This document shows, in pieces, positions 12,401 to 25,700 of a stretch of DNA of 64,000 nucleotides (the first letter of the stretch is position 1; each line of letters begins with the position of its first letter). Both the position numbers and the translations under genes were made by a program. The notes under the pieces are model-generated. The model searched no databases, was not told the DNA's origin, and saw nothing but the letters and a program-made list of their open reading frames with translations. This DNA is from the human T2T-CHM13v2.0 reference genome, Homo sapiens, in NCBI RefSeq assembly GCF_009914755.1, contig NC_060926.1; one strand, given 5' to 3'.

Positions 12401-13539
12401 TCTGCAAATGTGATGGCAGTGGCGATGTCATGGCCCACGGAGTGACAGCAGACCCTAACCCCACCAACAGGCAGCAATGCAGGGCCGCCACGAGGGGGAC
12501 ACACATGGAAGAACAGCAGCCACCGCCCCTGCCTGCACGGTCTGTGTGTGTGCGGGTGGCACACCTGGGTTCGGCACTGCCACCCTGCGACTCCAGGTCC
12601 AGCCTCAGAGTGAGGCTGGGGGCCTCTGCAGTGCCTGGTCCCACTCCCCACCCCTCAGGCTGCCAGGCACACCCATGATGCAAGAAGGCAAGATAGAACG
12701 CCAGGACCCCTGCCTTCCAGGAGCTCACAGGGAGGGGAAGACACCCAGGGGAGCCCCAGATAGCTCCTCATGGTGCCACGTGCCACCCTGAAGGTATGGG
12801 GCGGAGAAGATGAAGCTCCTCTGTCGCCTGCCTCATTTGGGAAAGCTTCCCAGAGGAGGAGAGGCCTTAAAAGGATGGGCGGGAAGGCACCAGGCGGTGG
12901 TGGACAGGCTCCGCCCAAGCAGATGGCCAGCATGCTCTGAGCCAGCGCAGGCCAGGGACCTCTGGGGCTGGGACTGCCCTGGGGCCAGGCAAAGAACCAG
13001 TGTTCCTCCACTGCCAGGGAGGACTGCGCAGGGACCTGACTCACGGCAGACACCGACCCCCACGCCAGCAAGTTCACTCTGGTGGCAACGCAGAGAACCT
13101 GAAGATGGCAGACAAGTTAGAGCAGCTGCACCAGTCTTACAGAGGCAGGGAGAGGCCCCGAACCAGAGAGCGGGTGCGGACCCTTGGCAAGTATGCCTTG
13201 GAAGTGTTGAGGGGAGAAGGCGTCAAGTCGTGGTCCCGCCAACAGAGAGGCCTGTCTAACTGACTCAGCAGCCCCTCTGCCTCCAGCTCCCTGTGTCTGG
13301 ACCCCAGGCCACAGGACGGGGGCAGGAGTGGGACAGGCACCCGGGTTCTGCATGTATGGCCTGTGCCACCTTCAAAGCAGCCCTGACGGACCTCCCAACT
13401 AGGCCAGAGATTGCTCCATTGGTCATCAGTGCTGTTCCTGAAACGGCTTCACCAGTCATGGGGACCTAAGTCCCTCTAGCTGGAGATGAGACACCGATAC
13501 ACCGCAGACACCATCTGCTCTCCAGACACAGGCCACTTC

Positions 13540-13657
13540 CTGGACATTGCCTGCTGCCTGGACACTGCCCGCTGCCTGGACACTGCCTGCTGCCGGAACA
13601 CTGCCTGCTGCCTGGACACTACCCGCTGTCTGCTGCCTGGACACTGCTCGCTGCCCA
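13540..13657. repeat. 18-bp minisatellite (GGACACTGCCTGCTGCCT)n, ~6 copies
   Basis: Tandem units directly visible. Confidence 0.88.
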
Positions 13658-14811
13658 GACAAAGGCCGGCTGCAGAGGCCAGCAGAGCAGCAGAGCCAGG
13701 CGAGGCAAGACGGCAGAGGGAGGCCAGGGGGAATGACAACAGGCTCCAGGGTGAAGCCACCACCAAGTGATCAGGTCTGTGTATGAGTTCATTCTTCTTG
13801 CAACACTGTCTGTCACCGTGCCACAAAATCCCCCAACCCTGACCCCCTAACACACACCCCTCTAGCCCTTGGGGAACACCATTCGAGAGTCAGCTGTGGA
13901 GCCTCCCCTGCTCTGTGCAGCCCCTTTCCACTGCCGCGCCCTCCTGGGCCTGCATTTGCCCCTGCTGGTGGCACCTGGGACTCTGCACGGCACTAATATT
14001 TTGCAATTCTCTTTCTTAACCATTCTTGAAAGCAGGGACGGGGTCCTGCTCACCTTGGTGTACCCAGCACCTGGTATAGTGGGGTCCCGAGGTTAGCAGA
14101 AGGATCAGTAAAAGAAGAAAACATGTATTTGGAGGACAACCATGCTCCCAGAGCCGAGCCCGGTGAGCTCAGCTTCTGAAGCTCCCCAGAAATAGCAGAT
14201 GCCCTCTTGTTCCCGGTCTGTCCAGTAAGGCCTTTCCAAAGGCCCAAGGGTGAGAGGTGGGGAGAGGAGGAGCACCAAGCTCATTACCAGAAGGGAAGCT
14301 GGGGAAACGACAGGGAAGCCCAGAAGTGCAGACCCAGGTGGACAGGCCCTGGGCCACCACCCTGGGAGTACGGGCCGGTCAGCAGGAAGGAACATGTTTA
14401 TGGTCTCTGCGCTGTTGGTGCCAGTCACGCCACGGTGGCCCATCGCTGATCATCACACGTTCTGTACTCCGGAGCAGGAACCAGGGTCTCAGGGCACTTC
14501 CACAAGCTCACCGGACATGTGCCCACTCTCACCGCACGCATCCCCGGAACCAGTGAGGCCAGTTCTAGCTGCCTAAAAGGGCCACACAGCCGCCCAGTCT
14601 GGTGTAGCCACAAGGACCCTGGCTTGATAATGTCTGCTTTGGAAAGACACTTCCAGAACGCCCAACAGCGCTTAGCAAACTCACACAGAAAACACCTGCG
14701 TTCCACAGCAACTCCACCCGGGCCGGGACCCAGGCCTGAAGCAGTTCCTACTACTCAGGTTCTCAGATCTGCCGGAAACAAATAACTGAGAATACTCTCC
14801 ACTCAGCAGGC

Positions 14812-15029
14812 CCCAGTCATACGCCCCAGTCACACACCCCAGCCACACACTCCAGCCACACACGCCAGCCACACACTCGGCTCCCCGTCTCTCCTGAGCA
14901 GGCCAGCCACACACCCCAGCCACACACCCCAGCCACACACTCCAGCCACACACCCCAGCCACACACCCTAGCAACACACTCCAGCCACACGCTCCAGCTA
15001 CACACTCCAGCCGCACACTCGGCTCCCCG
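14812..15029. repeat. 13-bp minisatellite (CCCCAGCCACACA)n in two blocks, each ending CTCGGCTCCCCG
   Basis: Tandem cagccacacac(c/t)c units directly visible. Confidence 0.88.
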
Positions 15030-15352
15030 CTGGTGGAGGCCACCTGGAGGCTCAGGGTGTCTTGAGAAATGAACAGGTGCTCACCATTGGCTGGAAAGGG
15101 TTGAGTTTTCAAATTATCCCACCACAGACATTAGAGAAAAAAAGAAAAAAAAAAAAAACAGACTGGTAACAAAGCATCAAGCCAAGTGGGGGTGACTTCA
15201 CCCTGAGGACCCTCCAGTGGCAGTCTTCCAAGAAGAGGTGCCCACCAACCAGTATTTTCTACAAGGCCACAGAAAGCATTTGTTTAAAAAAAAAATTGAC
15301 AATCTAATTGGTAAAGAAAAGGATAATTTTTAAAATGTAAAAACATATTTTG

Positions 15353-15641
15353 GGCCAGGACAAGGGCTCACGCCTATAATCTCAGCATTCTGGGAGGCTG
15401 AGGCAGGCAGATTGCTTGAGCCCAGGAGTTCGAGACCAGCTTGGCCAACATGGCAAGACACCATCTCTACTAAAAGACAAAAATTAGCCGGGCATGGTGA
15501 TGAGCAGCTGTAGTCCCAGCTACTCAGAAGGCCGCAGCAGGATCGCCTGAGCCCAGGAGACAGAGGCTGCAGTGAGGCGAGATCATGCCACTGTACTCCA
15601 GCCTGGGTGACAGAGGGAGACTGTCTCAATAAAAACAAAAA
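15353..15641 (+). mobile_element. Alu SINE (AluJ-like)
   Basis: Full dimeric Alu with TSD aaaaacat(a/g)ttttg on both sides. Confidence 0.93.
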
Positions 15642-15825
15642 ACATGTTTTGTACCACATGTCAGTCAAAATAAGTGGCCGAAGGCTGTGGTTTGCTTTAA
15701 TTCACCTTCTAAGGTGGCTCTGGACCTTCCTTCAGGAAACGGCTTTCCTGCCCATCAGTGTGGCTCTCTTCCTCTTTAAACATGAGGACCATTGGGGCCG
15801 GGGCCGGGAAGACCACACTCCTGAA

Positions 15826-15949
15826 GCCAGGTGCAGTAGTGTGGACATGTAGTCCCAGCTACTCAGGAGGGCGCCTGGAGCCCAAGAGCTCGAGGCCAGC
15901 CTGGGCAATAGTGTCAGACCCTATCTCTTCCAAACAAACAAATAAAAAG
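15826..15949 (+). mobile_element. Alu monomer (FLAM/FRAM-like)
   Basis: gccaggtgcagtag...tgtagtcccagctactcaggagg...ccagcctgggcaatag...A-rich tail. Confidence 0.75.
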
Positions 15950-16324
15950 ACTATGCTGCCGGCAGGACTGAAAAACCAGAAAGAAAGAAAAGTGGGGCTG
16001 GTGTGGGGCCACACCCTGCCCCAGGCGGGGAAAGTGGTTGGAGGTAATGGGGCAGCAGGGCCCACAGGCCGGAGGGCTCCCCTCCTGATTCCAGGGCATC
16101 AGCAAACTCAAATTTCATAATGGCTTTTGCTTGCAAAAGCAAAGTGCCTGATTTGCTGTTTCTCCCAGGAGACTCTGGGCTGCTAAGAAGGCAAAGCCTG
16201 AGGTCTGTGCCTGACCAGGAGATGCTCACGTCTCTGAGCTGAAAACAGTGACTGAACAAATGACTCATTAGAGGGATCAATGAACAAACTGGCACCAGGC
16301 ACTAAATTCACACTTGATCCCCTC

Positions 16325-16470
16325 AGCCTTATAATAAACTCATGAGGCAGTTCTACTACATCCATCTTACAGACGAGAAAATCAAGGTTCAAAGAAACTA
16401 AGTAATGCTCCCAATATCTAGGCAGAAAAGCTGGGGTTCAGGCCCGTCTCTCTGCCTCTGAAGTCTGTCC
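16325..16470. mobile_element. MIR SINE fragment
   Basis: MIR core-like catccatcttacagacgagaaaatcaaggttcaaagaaactaagtaa. Confidence 0.6.
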
Positions 16471-17381
16471 TCTCTCCAACGTCCCAGCAGAAAACCTCTC
16501 CCTAGAGAGGACACTGTCGGGGTGAGGAGCAGAAGGGCAGGGGTGGGAGCAGCCCAGGGTGGAGTGAGCTGGGACAGCTCCAGCAGCAGCAGAAGCCAGA
16601 AATCTCACACAGCCCCCACCGTGCCTCCCACAAATGAAGGTCTCCTGAGAGCAGGGGACCTGGGGACAAGAACCAGCCACACCAGGCCAGGCCCGCAGGG
16701 GGCATGGGATGGGGGCGACTGAGTGAGGAGTGTCCCCTACCCTCACCACGAGAGTCCAGGTGGAAACCGCGCCCTCAGGATGAATGGCCAGCTCTCACCG
16801 GGCTTCTCCACGCCTTCCCCAGGACCCTTCCCTAATGTTTCCAAAGTGGCCACAAACCATGAGTGGCCTGTCTGACGTTTCCCTCCCCGAATTCTAGGAT
16901 CAGTAACTGTGGTCCACAGAAAGTGCGGATCCCACCTCTCGGGAGCATCTCATCCCTTCCACTCCTGCGGAAGAGGACAGCACCCCCCAACCCCAAAGTG
17001 CCTGTGTTTCCTAGCACCCTGGGATTCCAGCTCGTCAGCTAAGAACTGGCCATGCTGACGAAATCTCCTTATGCCACTTGAGACATGTGCTGGTTCTTGT
17101 GGCATCAACCCTGAAAAACATGTTGGTCAAAGAAAAAAAAAGGCATCTGGAAATTTCTACCTTATATTCTCTCGTTTTTAACAATGCCAGCAACCCAAGA
17201 GTGGGGGCAAAGCTGATGTGCGAGTGCCTCGTACTCCCGAGACGCTGTGTTAAAGAAGGAAAGAAGGCCACATGCCCTGAAAGCACATTTTGCCCCAAAC
17301 TCCACTTCACGTTACATGCACGAAGAACATTAGAGGAATACAGAGCTGTTTCTGGGAAGCCAGCTCCACTGTATGAAACAT

Positions 17382-17400
17382 TGAGTCAGCATGACTCAGC
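17382..17400 (+). promoter_or_regulatory. Tandem AP-1/ARE (NRF2/BACH/MAF-type) sites
   Basis: TGAGTCAGCA directly followed by (A)TGACTCAGC. The second matches RTGACnnnGC and the first the NF-E2/BACH-type TGASTCAGCA. Motif evidence only. Confidence 0.4.
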
Positions 17401-17705
17401 CGTGCCGACTGGTCCCTCCGATGGGCGAGCCAGGGGCACAGAAGGCAGGCAGGTGACCCGGGCACTGCACGCCTCCCCACCTGGTCCCAAATGCTGAAGC
17501 CTCCAAGCAACTTAAAAAGGGTAAGGAAAACATTGTGGGAGCAGGTGCATTGTGGCCTCTGCCAGGAGGCTCGGGGGCCTCTCTCCCGCGTGAGGAAGAC
17601 ACCAGGCACAACAAAGATGCGACGCAACATCCTGGAACTGTCTGCTGTTAACAGGGGATGGCAAACTCCATCCAAGTCTTGTCCCCATGCACACACGTGT
17701 GTAAA

Positions 17706-19665
17706 CCATGTACACCACTCCACAATGTACACACCACTCTACAATGAACACACCACTCTACACACAATGTACACACCACTCTACAATGTACACACCACTC
17801 TCCACACAATGTACACACCTCTACAATGTACACACCACTCTCCACACAATGTACACACCACTCTACAATGTACACACCACTCTCCACACAATGTACACAC
17901 CACTCTACAATGTACACACCACTCTACACACAATGTACACACCACTCTCCACACAATGTACACACCACTCTACACACAATGAACACTCTACACTCTACAA
18001 TTTACCCACCACTCTACACACAATGTATACACCACTCTACAATGAACACACCACTCTACACACCACTCTACAATGTACACACCACTCTACAATGTACACA
18101 CCATGCTACAATGAACACACCACTCTACACTGAACACACCACTCTACACACAATGTACACACCACTCTACAATGTACACACCACTCTCCACACAATGTAC
18201 ACACCACTCTACACACAATGTACACACCACTCTACAATGTACACACCACTCTGCAAACAATGTACACACCACTCTGCAATGTACACACCACTCTACACGC
18301 AGTGTACACCCCACTCTACAATGAACACACCACTCTACACACAATGTACACGCCACTCTACAATTTACCCACCACTCTACACACAATATATACACCACTC
18401 TACAATGTACACACCACTCTCAATGTACACACCACTCTACAATGAACACACCACTCTACACACAATGTACACACCACTCTCAATGTACATACCACTCTAC
18501 AATGAACACACCACACTACACACAATGTACACACCACTCTGCAAACAATGTACACACCACTCTACAATGAACACACCACTCTACACGCAGTGTACACACC
18601 ACTCTACAATGAACACACCACTCTACACACCATGTACATGCCACTCTACAATTTACCCACCACTCTACACACAATGTATACACCACTCTACAATGAACAC
18701 CCCACTCTACACACCACTCTACAATGTACACACCATGCTACAATGAACACACCACTCTACACTGAACACACCACTCTACACACAATGTACACACCACTCT
18801 ACAATGTACACACCACTCTCTACACAATGTACACACCACTCTACAATGTACACACCACTCTACACACAATGTACACACCACTCTACAATGTACACACCAC
18901 TCTCCACACAATGTACACACCACTCTACAATGTACACACCACTCTCCACACAATGTACACACCACTCTACAATGCACACACCACTCTCCACACAATGTAC
19001 ACACCACTCTACAATGTACACACCACTCTACAATGTACACAGCACTCTCAATGTACACACCACTCTCAATGTACACACCACTCTACACACAATGAACATA
19101 CCACTCTACAATGTACACACCACTCTCAATGTACACACCACTCTCAATGTACACACCACTCTACACACAATGAACACACCACTCTACAATGTACACACCA
19201 CTCTGCAAACAATGTACACACCACTCGACAATGTACACACCACTCTACAAACAATGTACACCCCACTCTACAATGTACACACCACTCTACAATGTACACA
19301 CCACTCTGCAAACAATGTACACACCACTCTACAATGAACACAGCACTCTACACACAATGTACACACCACTCTACAATGTACACACCCCTCTACACACAAT
19401 GTACACACCACTCTACACACAATGTACACACCACTCTACAATGTACATACCACTCTACAATGTACACACCACTCTCCATGTACATACCACTCTACAATGA
19501 ACACACCACTCTACACACAATGTACACACCACTCTGCAAACAATGTACACACCACTCTACAATGTACACACCACTCTCAATGTACGTACCACTCTACAAT
19601 GTACATACCACTCTACACACAATGTACACACCACTCTACAAACAATGTACACACCACTCCACAAA
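17706..19665. repeat. ~2 kb compound VNTR of 17/19/23-bp units around core CAATGTACACACCACTCT
   Basis: Roughly 95 units (length divided by a ~20.5 bp mean unit), with recurring rare variant units. Confidence 0.97.
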
Positions 19666-20214
19666 CAAAACATGTGATGTTCCAGGATTCGCTCGCCCAC
19701 AGTCAGCCACGCATGCAGGAGCAATGCTGAGGCTGAGGGTGCAGAGGGAGCTTGACAGTCAGTGGAAGAATGCGCTCTACAAGAGGACACCACGGGCCTG
19801 GCCCGCAGAGGACTATGAGGGCAGGGGCTGGCGAGTCAAGCTGGCTGGAAAGGCCTCTCTGAGGAACTGAGGCTTAAGCTAAAAAAACTCTGCATGACGC
19901 TGGGTCTCTGAGATCCGGAGGAAGGGGCTCCCGGCAGCAGAAGTGGCCAGGGTGCGGGCCTGAGGTACAGGAGCTGCGGGGCTCCTCAAACAGCAGAAAG
20001 CCTGGTCTCATGGCTACCGCCCCCCATGAGCAGGATCAGTGCCGACGAGGCTGCAGCGAGGGTCGGGCTGGCCACCGCGAGGGGCCTGGGACGCCACTGC
20101 CGGCAGAGGCTAGAAGGGGCCTGACCACACCTGGGCGTTTCCACCATAAGAACACAAAAGCCCTGCGAGCAGAGAAGAGAGCACTGCAGTACAGAAATCA
20201 GGAAGGCAGAGTTG

Positions 20215-20340
20215 TAAGCACTGATTGCATTTGTTTTAATGTGACTTATTTAGTCGTAAGTTTAGCTAATTTCGTTTTCATAACGGCTGTGTTTGGCAAC
20301 CCACTTCCGCGAGCGGTAACAGCAGTGCCGGCCACCACGG
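20215..20340. mobile_element. hAT DNA transposon relic (MER63-like)
   Basis: aatttcgttttcataacggctgtgtttggcaacc resembles the recalled MER63 terminal region. Confidence 0.35.
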
Positions 20341-22779
20341 GCGGTCATGGAATTGGAGAGGATCAGGCGGCCTTGATGGCGTTTTGGTGGAAGCACTGTC
20401 ACAAAGGGATGATGGGCAGGCTGTCGGGAGTTAGGAGAAGAAAAGCAAAATACATTTGCTAGCTTCTGGCTTGAATGCCTGGGCTGACTGGAGGGGCCAT
20501 GTAGTGCCGGGGAGAAGTGGAGAGCAGTTCCAACATTGCTGGGGGACAGTAGTGCTGCCTCGGGATCTACAGCGGTGAGGCCCCGAAGGCGCCGAGGGCG
20601 TCGGCGCAGGGGCCCCCAGCCAGTCACAGTTCCCGCTTCTGCACCCCAGGGCCTCTGAAAACTGTGAAGTCCATGCTGCGGTCTCCACGCCCAGTGGCTT
20701 TCCACGTCTCTCCACATGACACTCACCTGCTGCCCATCACAGGCCGCAGACACACTGAGAGGAGCCCAAGTGGTGTCTGAAGCAGGACTCTCCACCAGGA
20801 CAGTGCCGGTCCTGAGCCCAGCTACAGGGAGCCGACCACAGCGGAGCCGAGGACACCGATGGCAGGACTGGCTGCGCTTCTGATGAATGTGGTTTGGGAT
20901 GCTGGGTGAGGGACAGAGGGAGCGGGCCAGGGAGTGGGCAGAGTGAGCCAACGCATGGGGGCAGCCCTGAGCCACTGTGCTGACCCAGTGATGGCCAACA
21001 GCATGCTCCATCACGGGGACCCTCCGCGGGGCCTCGGGGAGCATCGCAGAGCTGCCTCCCTGAGGAATGGGGGCAGGTGCATTGTGGCCCTCGTAGTCAG
21101 GGGTGACCCTGAGAGCAGCTTCCACACACGCCAGGTGACATGCATGAAAGCCCATCAGGTGCCCCTGGGCATCCGGTGCCAACAGAGGCAGAGGCAGGTG
21201 AAAGGCAAGATGCCCCTGCATGAAGATGGTCCCAGCACACACAGAGCAGGCCACCACAGTAGGGACTGGGTGGGAGGTGGGGCCTCCAGGATCTGCAGGG
21301 GGAAAGGCACCAGACGGTGAGCGCCCACGCCCCAGAGCCAGAGGCCCTTCCACTCTCCAGTGTCCTGGAGACCAGTGTCCCGGTTCAAAAGTAAATACAC
21401 AAGCAGCCCTCCCACAGGAAGCTGAGGAGAGTCTGGGCTGCAGACTGGGGAGACCCAGGATCGGGAAACTTTTGTTTCATTGTGTTTTTTAATGTAAGTA
21501 ATTAGGGTATATTTAGAGGCTCAGAAAGGAAGCCAGAGACAAGTGACAAAACTTACAAGGAAAATGAGAGGATATTCACAATGAAAGGAGAGATGGGATC
21601 AAAAGCATGAAGGAAGCCCAGAGACAAGTCGTCTAAATGCATCCATCAGTCTACCAAGCCATCAAATAAAATACATCCCACCCCACACCTAGACAATCTA
21701 CAGTCTACCTTCATGGCAACCTGGAAGGCCAGGTTCAAAGTTCAAAGTTCAAAGACTGCAGATGGTACAGAGAAAGCGTTACACAGTGAGAAAACAGGCA
21801 GCTGGATGAGCACAGAGCCACGGTGGAGGGGGACAGAGCCACGCTAAGGAGGAACACAGCCATGCTGGGGGTGGGAGGGGCAGATCCCTGCTGGGAGTGG
21901 AGAACGCGCCGCGGCTGGGCCCCCAGGTTCGCGGCTGTGCAGCGTGGCCAGAATGCTGAGCCGGTGCTCTTCCCTGGCATCCTGCACTTCCTGGGTAAGG
22001 AAGGAGAAGCCTTACAGCAAGGGGTTCCACCGAGGCTGGGGCTTCGCTAGTGTGCGGGGAGGCAGAGGAGCAGTGCCGGCTGCCAGCAAGTGTCTCCGCC
22101 GCGGGACCTGTCATCCCAGCTGGTGGGGAGAAAACGAAGCTGGGTAAAAGGGGCTGAGAGAAAGCTGGCCAAAGGTTGGGCTTTTGAAGTACTAGAAACT
22201 TCCTCTTCTGGGGACGTGGCAGACAAGTCATCTTACAGGCTCTTGTGCTGTGGAAACCCCAGGTTCTGCATAAGACATACCTTCTGTCACACTGCTGGGC
22301 TCACCAGCAGTAAGGAAACCCTCCAACAAGCCAGAAATATATAATTAAGGGAAACAAAAGCAACTCGAGCTGACAGGAGAGTTGAGGGCAGCGGGTGGAG
22401 GACTGCATGGGGGTCAGGACCGAGGTGAGCCCAGAGCTGCAGCGTTCAGGATGCAGGGGCTGGAGTCCAGGGCAGCTCCCAGGAAATGCACGTGGCATGC
22501 CTATCAGAAGAACGGCCTCCTCACTCCCATCCCTCTATTTCCAAACAGTAAGACCAGCGAGACATACGCTCCCAAGCAAACACAAGCCAACACAGAAAGA
22601 AGTGAAAAAAGGCAGCAAACACATCAAAAGACAGTCAAGTTCTTCAGTTACTCATATCATGAGAAATGGTACGATTACTGTTTCTGAAACTTTCAAAGAA
22701 TCTCTTAATGCTTTATTCACTATCATTTTCCCCATGTATGTTTTGATTAAATAAAAAGTTTATGAAAATACTTGAAAAA

Positions 22780-25700
22780 TTTTAAGTAATGAATCAGAGG
22801 AAGCAACAGAATTGTCAAAATTAATCATTTTAGGAAAAGAACAAAGTAGACTTTCAAAAATAATAAGTGTAATTGATGCATTTTAAAAAAAAGAAAACCC
22901 TCAATGAATGATTTAAGCAATAAATGCCATGCAAAAATAAAAAGGAGATTCGGTGAGTGAGAAGATCCTGACGAAGAAATCAGCTGAGCAGAGGGAATCA
23001 AAATACAAAAATGAAGGAGAGCCCAAATCCTGTATTTTGTATTCTGAAAGTAAAAGTCCAAGGAGAGTTGAAAACCCATAAGAGCCACCTGAGGAGGTGT
23101 GACAGCTGACTCTGCAGGACTGGGAAGGAAGGGAAGGAAGGGAAGGAAGGAAGACTATGGAGCAATATTTAAAGGGGCACTAGCTGCGGATTTCCAGGAC
23201 TGATAAAACACACAAACTCACAGACACAAAGGCAAACATATGCCAAGACAACAGGGTGCTCCACACCCAAACACACCCTGACAAAACTGGGAGCATCAAG
23301 GACAAAAGAAGATGTGACGAGCAGCCAGTGAGACACAGACAAGACAAGGAAGGAGCGGCTGCTATGCTGAGGTAGGCCGGCCAAGGATGAGAAGAATACA
23401 CCAAACGTGATGAAAGGAGAAAAAGAAAACTCACCTCCAAGTTTTGCCTAACAGTCACTCAGGCATGTTGGTGAAATAGAGACATTTTCAGATCAGACAC
23501 ACATACACACGCAAGGACTGTATCACCAACAGGTCTACTAAAGCTACTCCTAAGGGGTATGTGTTCATAAAGAAAAGAGAAAGTGACCCCAGCAGGAGAG
23601 TGTCTGATGCAAGCAGGAAGGACAAGTGCACAGGGAGTTGGACACTGGCCTGGGCAGGGAATGTCCTGGGGACCTCTCGGACAATACGAGGCATTTGATC
23701 ACGTCTATACCAGGATGGGGCATGCGTCACACTTCGTGAGCCCACAGTGATCCATCAGCATGAACTGCAGCCGTGCCTGGATTTCCTGTTTTCCCTGTGG
23801 TCCTCCTGTTCTGAGACCCCACCCAGGACCCCACTGTCCTTCCTTTATCCTCCTGACTCCTGAGGCTCCTTCGGCTGCGACGGTTTCTCAGACTTGCCTT
23901 GTTTTTAATGACCTTGACAGTTTAAAGTACTTGATTGGGTGTTTGCTAGAATGTCCCTTAATCAGAATTTGTTTGATGTCATGACCAGATGGGGTTGTAT
24001 GTTTTTGGGAGGAAGGTCACAGAGACCAAGTGGCACCTCCTTACATCATCTCAAAGGTGTACTGTTGACACGACCTTTTAAAAACTTGGGATGGAAATGA
24101 AAATGCTAAGTGTCAAAACTTGTTGTATGCACCCAATGCCTACTTCAAGGGAACTGTGTAGCTTATAACAGAAGGAAGGCTAAGAACTAATGGGAGCTGC
24201 ACATCCAACCTCGGGAGAGAGAGAACACTGGGTGCAGCCAGCCACAGAAAGTACCAGGAAGATAAGAGCAGGCATTTAAAACACAGAAAGCTGACTTACA
24301 ACTAAGGGAATCCACAAAGCCAGAGTGACTCAAAACGATTAATACAGATTAATCAAGAAGAAGACTAAGTCATGTTGTAAATGAAAACGGGTACACAGAG
24401 ACAAATCCAGCAAAGATGTAAACACCAGAAGCAAATCTATGACAATAAAATTGAAAACGTAGATTAAGTAGGACTCCTAAAAACTTTCTTTTAAATCCAT
24501 ATGACAGGAATTAAAAGTTCAGGTTATCAGTAACCATTAAAGATGTTAAATCAGTAGTTAAAACATCAAACCACCAAGGAAATATGAACCCCAAATAGTC
24601 TGAGGTTAATTTTTACAAACTTTCAAGGAATAATTAATTCTAATCTTAAATAAACTATCCCTGTAAGTTAAAAAAAAAAAAAAGACCTTAAAAAAGGAAA
24701 ATTACCGTCCACTCCAATTCAAGAACAGAGATGAAGAATCCTGAAGCGCTAGCAAAGTATGAAAATGACAAGATTTATCACAAACAAGCTGAATCCACTG
24801 GAAGAGATAAGGGAAGTTTAACAGAAAATTAGAACAGAAAACTATACGATCATCACAACAGACGGAGTAAAAGCATTTGGCTAATGGAACACAGCTATCC
24901 ATGAACTTAACTTGAAAAAGGGAATCTAAAATAACCTATGTCAAACATCATACTTAAATTGGGAAAAATGTTAAAAATCTTCTCTTTAATGTCAAGGACG
25001 ACAGAAGGAAGTCCAGTATTTCTGCTCTTACTCAAAACTGAACTGGAATTCCCAGCTAGCACAGTAAGACAAGGAAAATAAACACAGGAATTGGAGAGGA
25101 AGACACTAAACTAGCATCGTTACTTTAACAGTCTTTGTCTTAGAAACCCTGAAGAATTTACAGAAAAAAATTTTTAGAAATTATAAGATTTTAATAAGAT
25201 GATTGGATATAAAAATAAAATATAAAAATCAACTGCAATTCCAAAAACTAGCAAGGGAAAACTTAATTAAAAAAAAAACGTATTGTCTGCAACAGAAAAA
25301 CAAAACAACTACAATCTACCAAAGAATAAAGAATAAATCTAACTTGACACGTACAAGACCTTTATAGAGAAAATTATAAAAATCTATTGAAAAAAGACAG
25401 TAAAGAAGACCTGATGGAGGGAAAGAGAAGCCACGCACACAAATATACTGTCAGGATGCCAACCCTGCCTTCAAATTCATCCATAGAGTCAATGCAATTC
25501 CAATCAAGTTTCAGGCTAGGCTTTTTAAAGGAACTTGTCTCTAGACAAGTCACAGCTTAGGAGGAGCTGGGACAATTGCAGGGAGGGGGCTGAGACAGGG
25601 GAGTGCGGCTGCAGCGCCTGTCAAGGAGACAGTGCCCTGCTGGCCCCAGGACAGGCTCTGGAGCAGCTGAGCACAGGGAGGGTCCAAAACAGATTGAACT

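Noticed and set aside
17491-19870. Long ORFs (up to 440 aa, MYTPLYNVHTTL.../QCTHHST repeats) and a possible CRISPR-like array
   Set aside because: The ORFs are by-products of a stop-poor tandem repeat. Units are contiguous with no unique spacers, there are no cas genes, and the DNA is primate.
20262-21353. 363-aa minus-strand ORF containing a consensus donor CAG|GTGAGT at 20727
   Set aside because: Composition is typical of random GC-rich DNA with no recognisable domain. The donor is phase 0 in this frame, and the nearest acceptor gives a frameshifting 95-nt segment.
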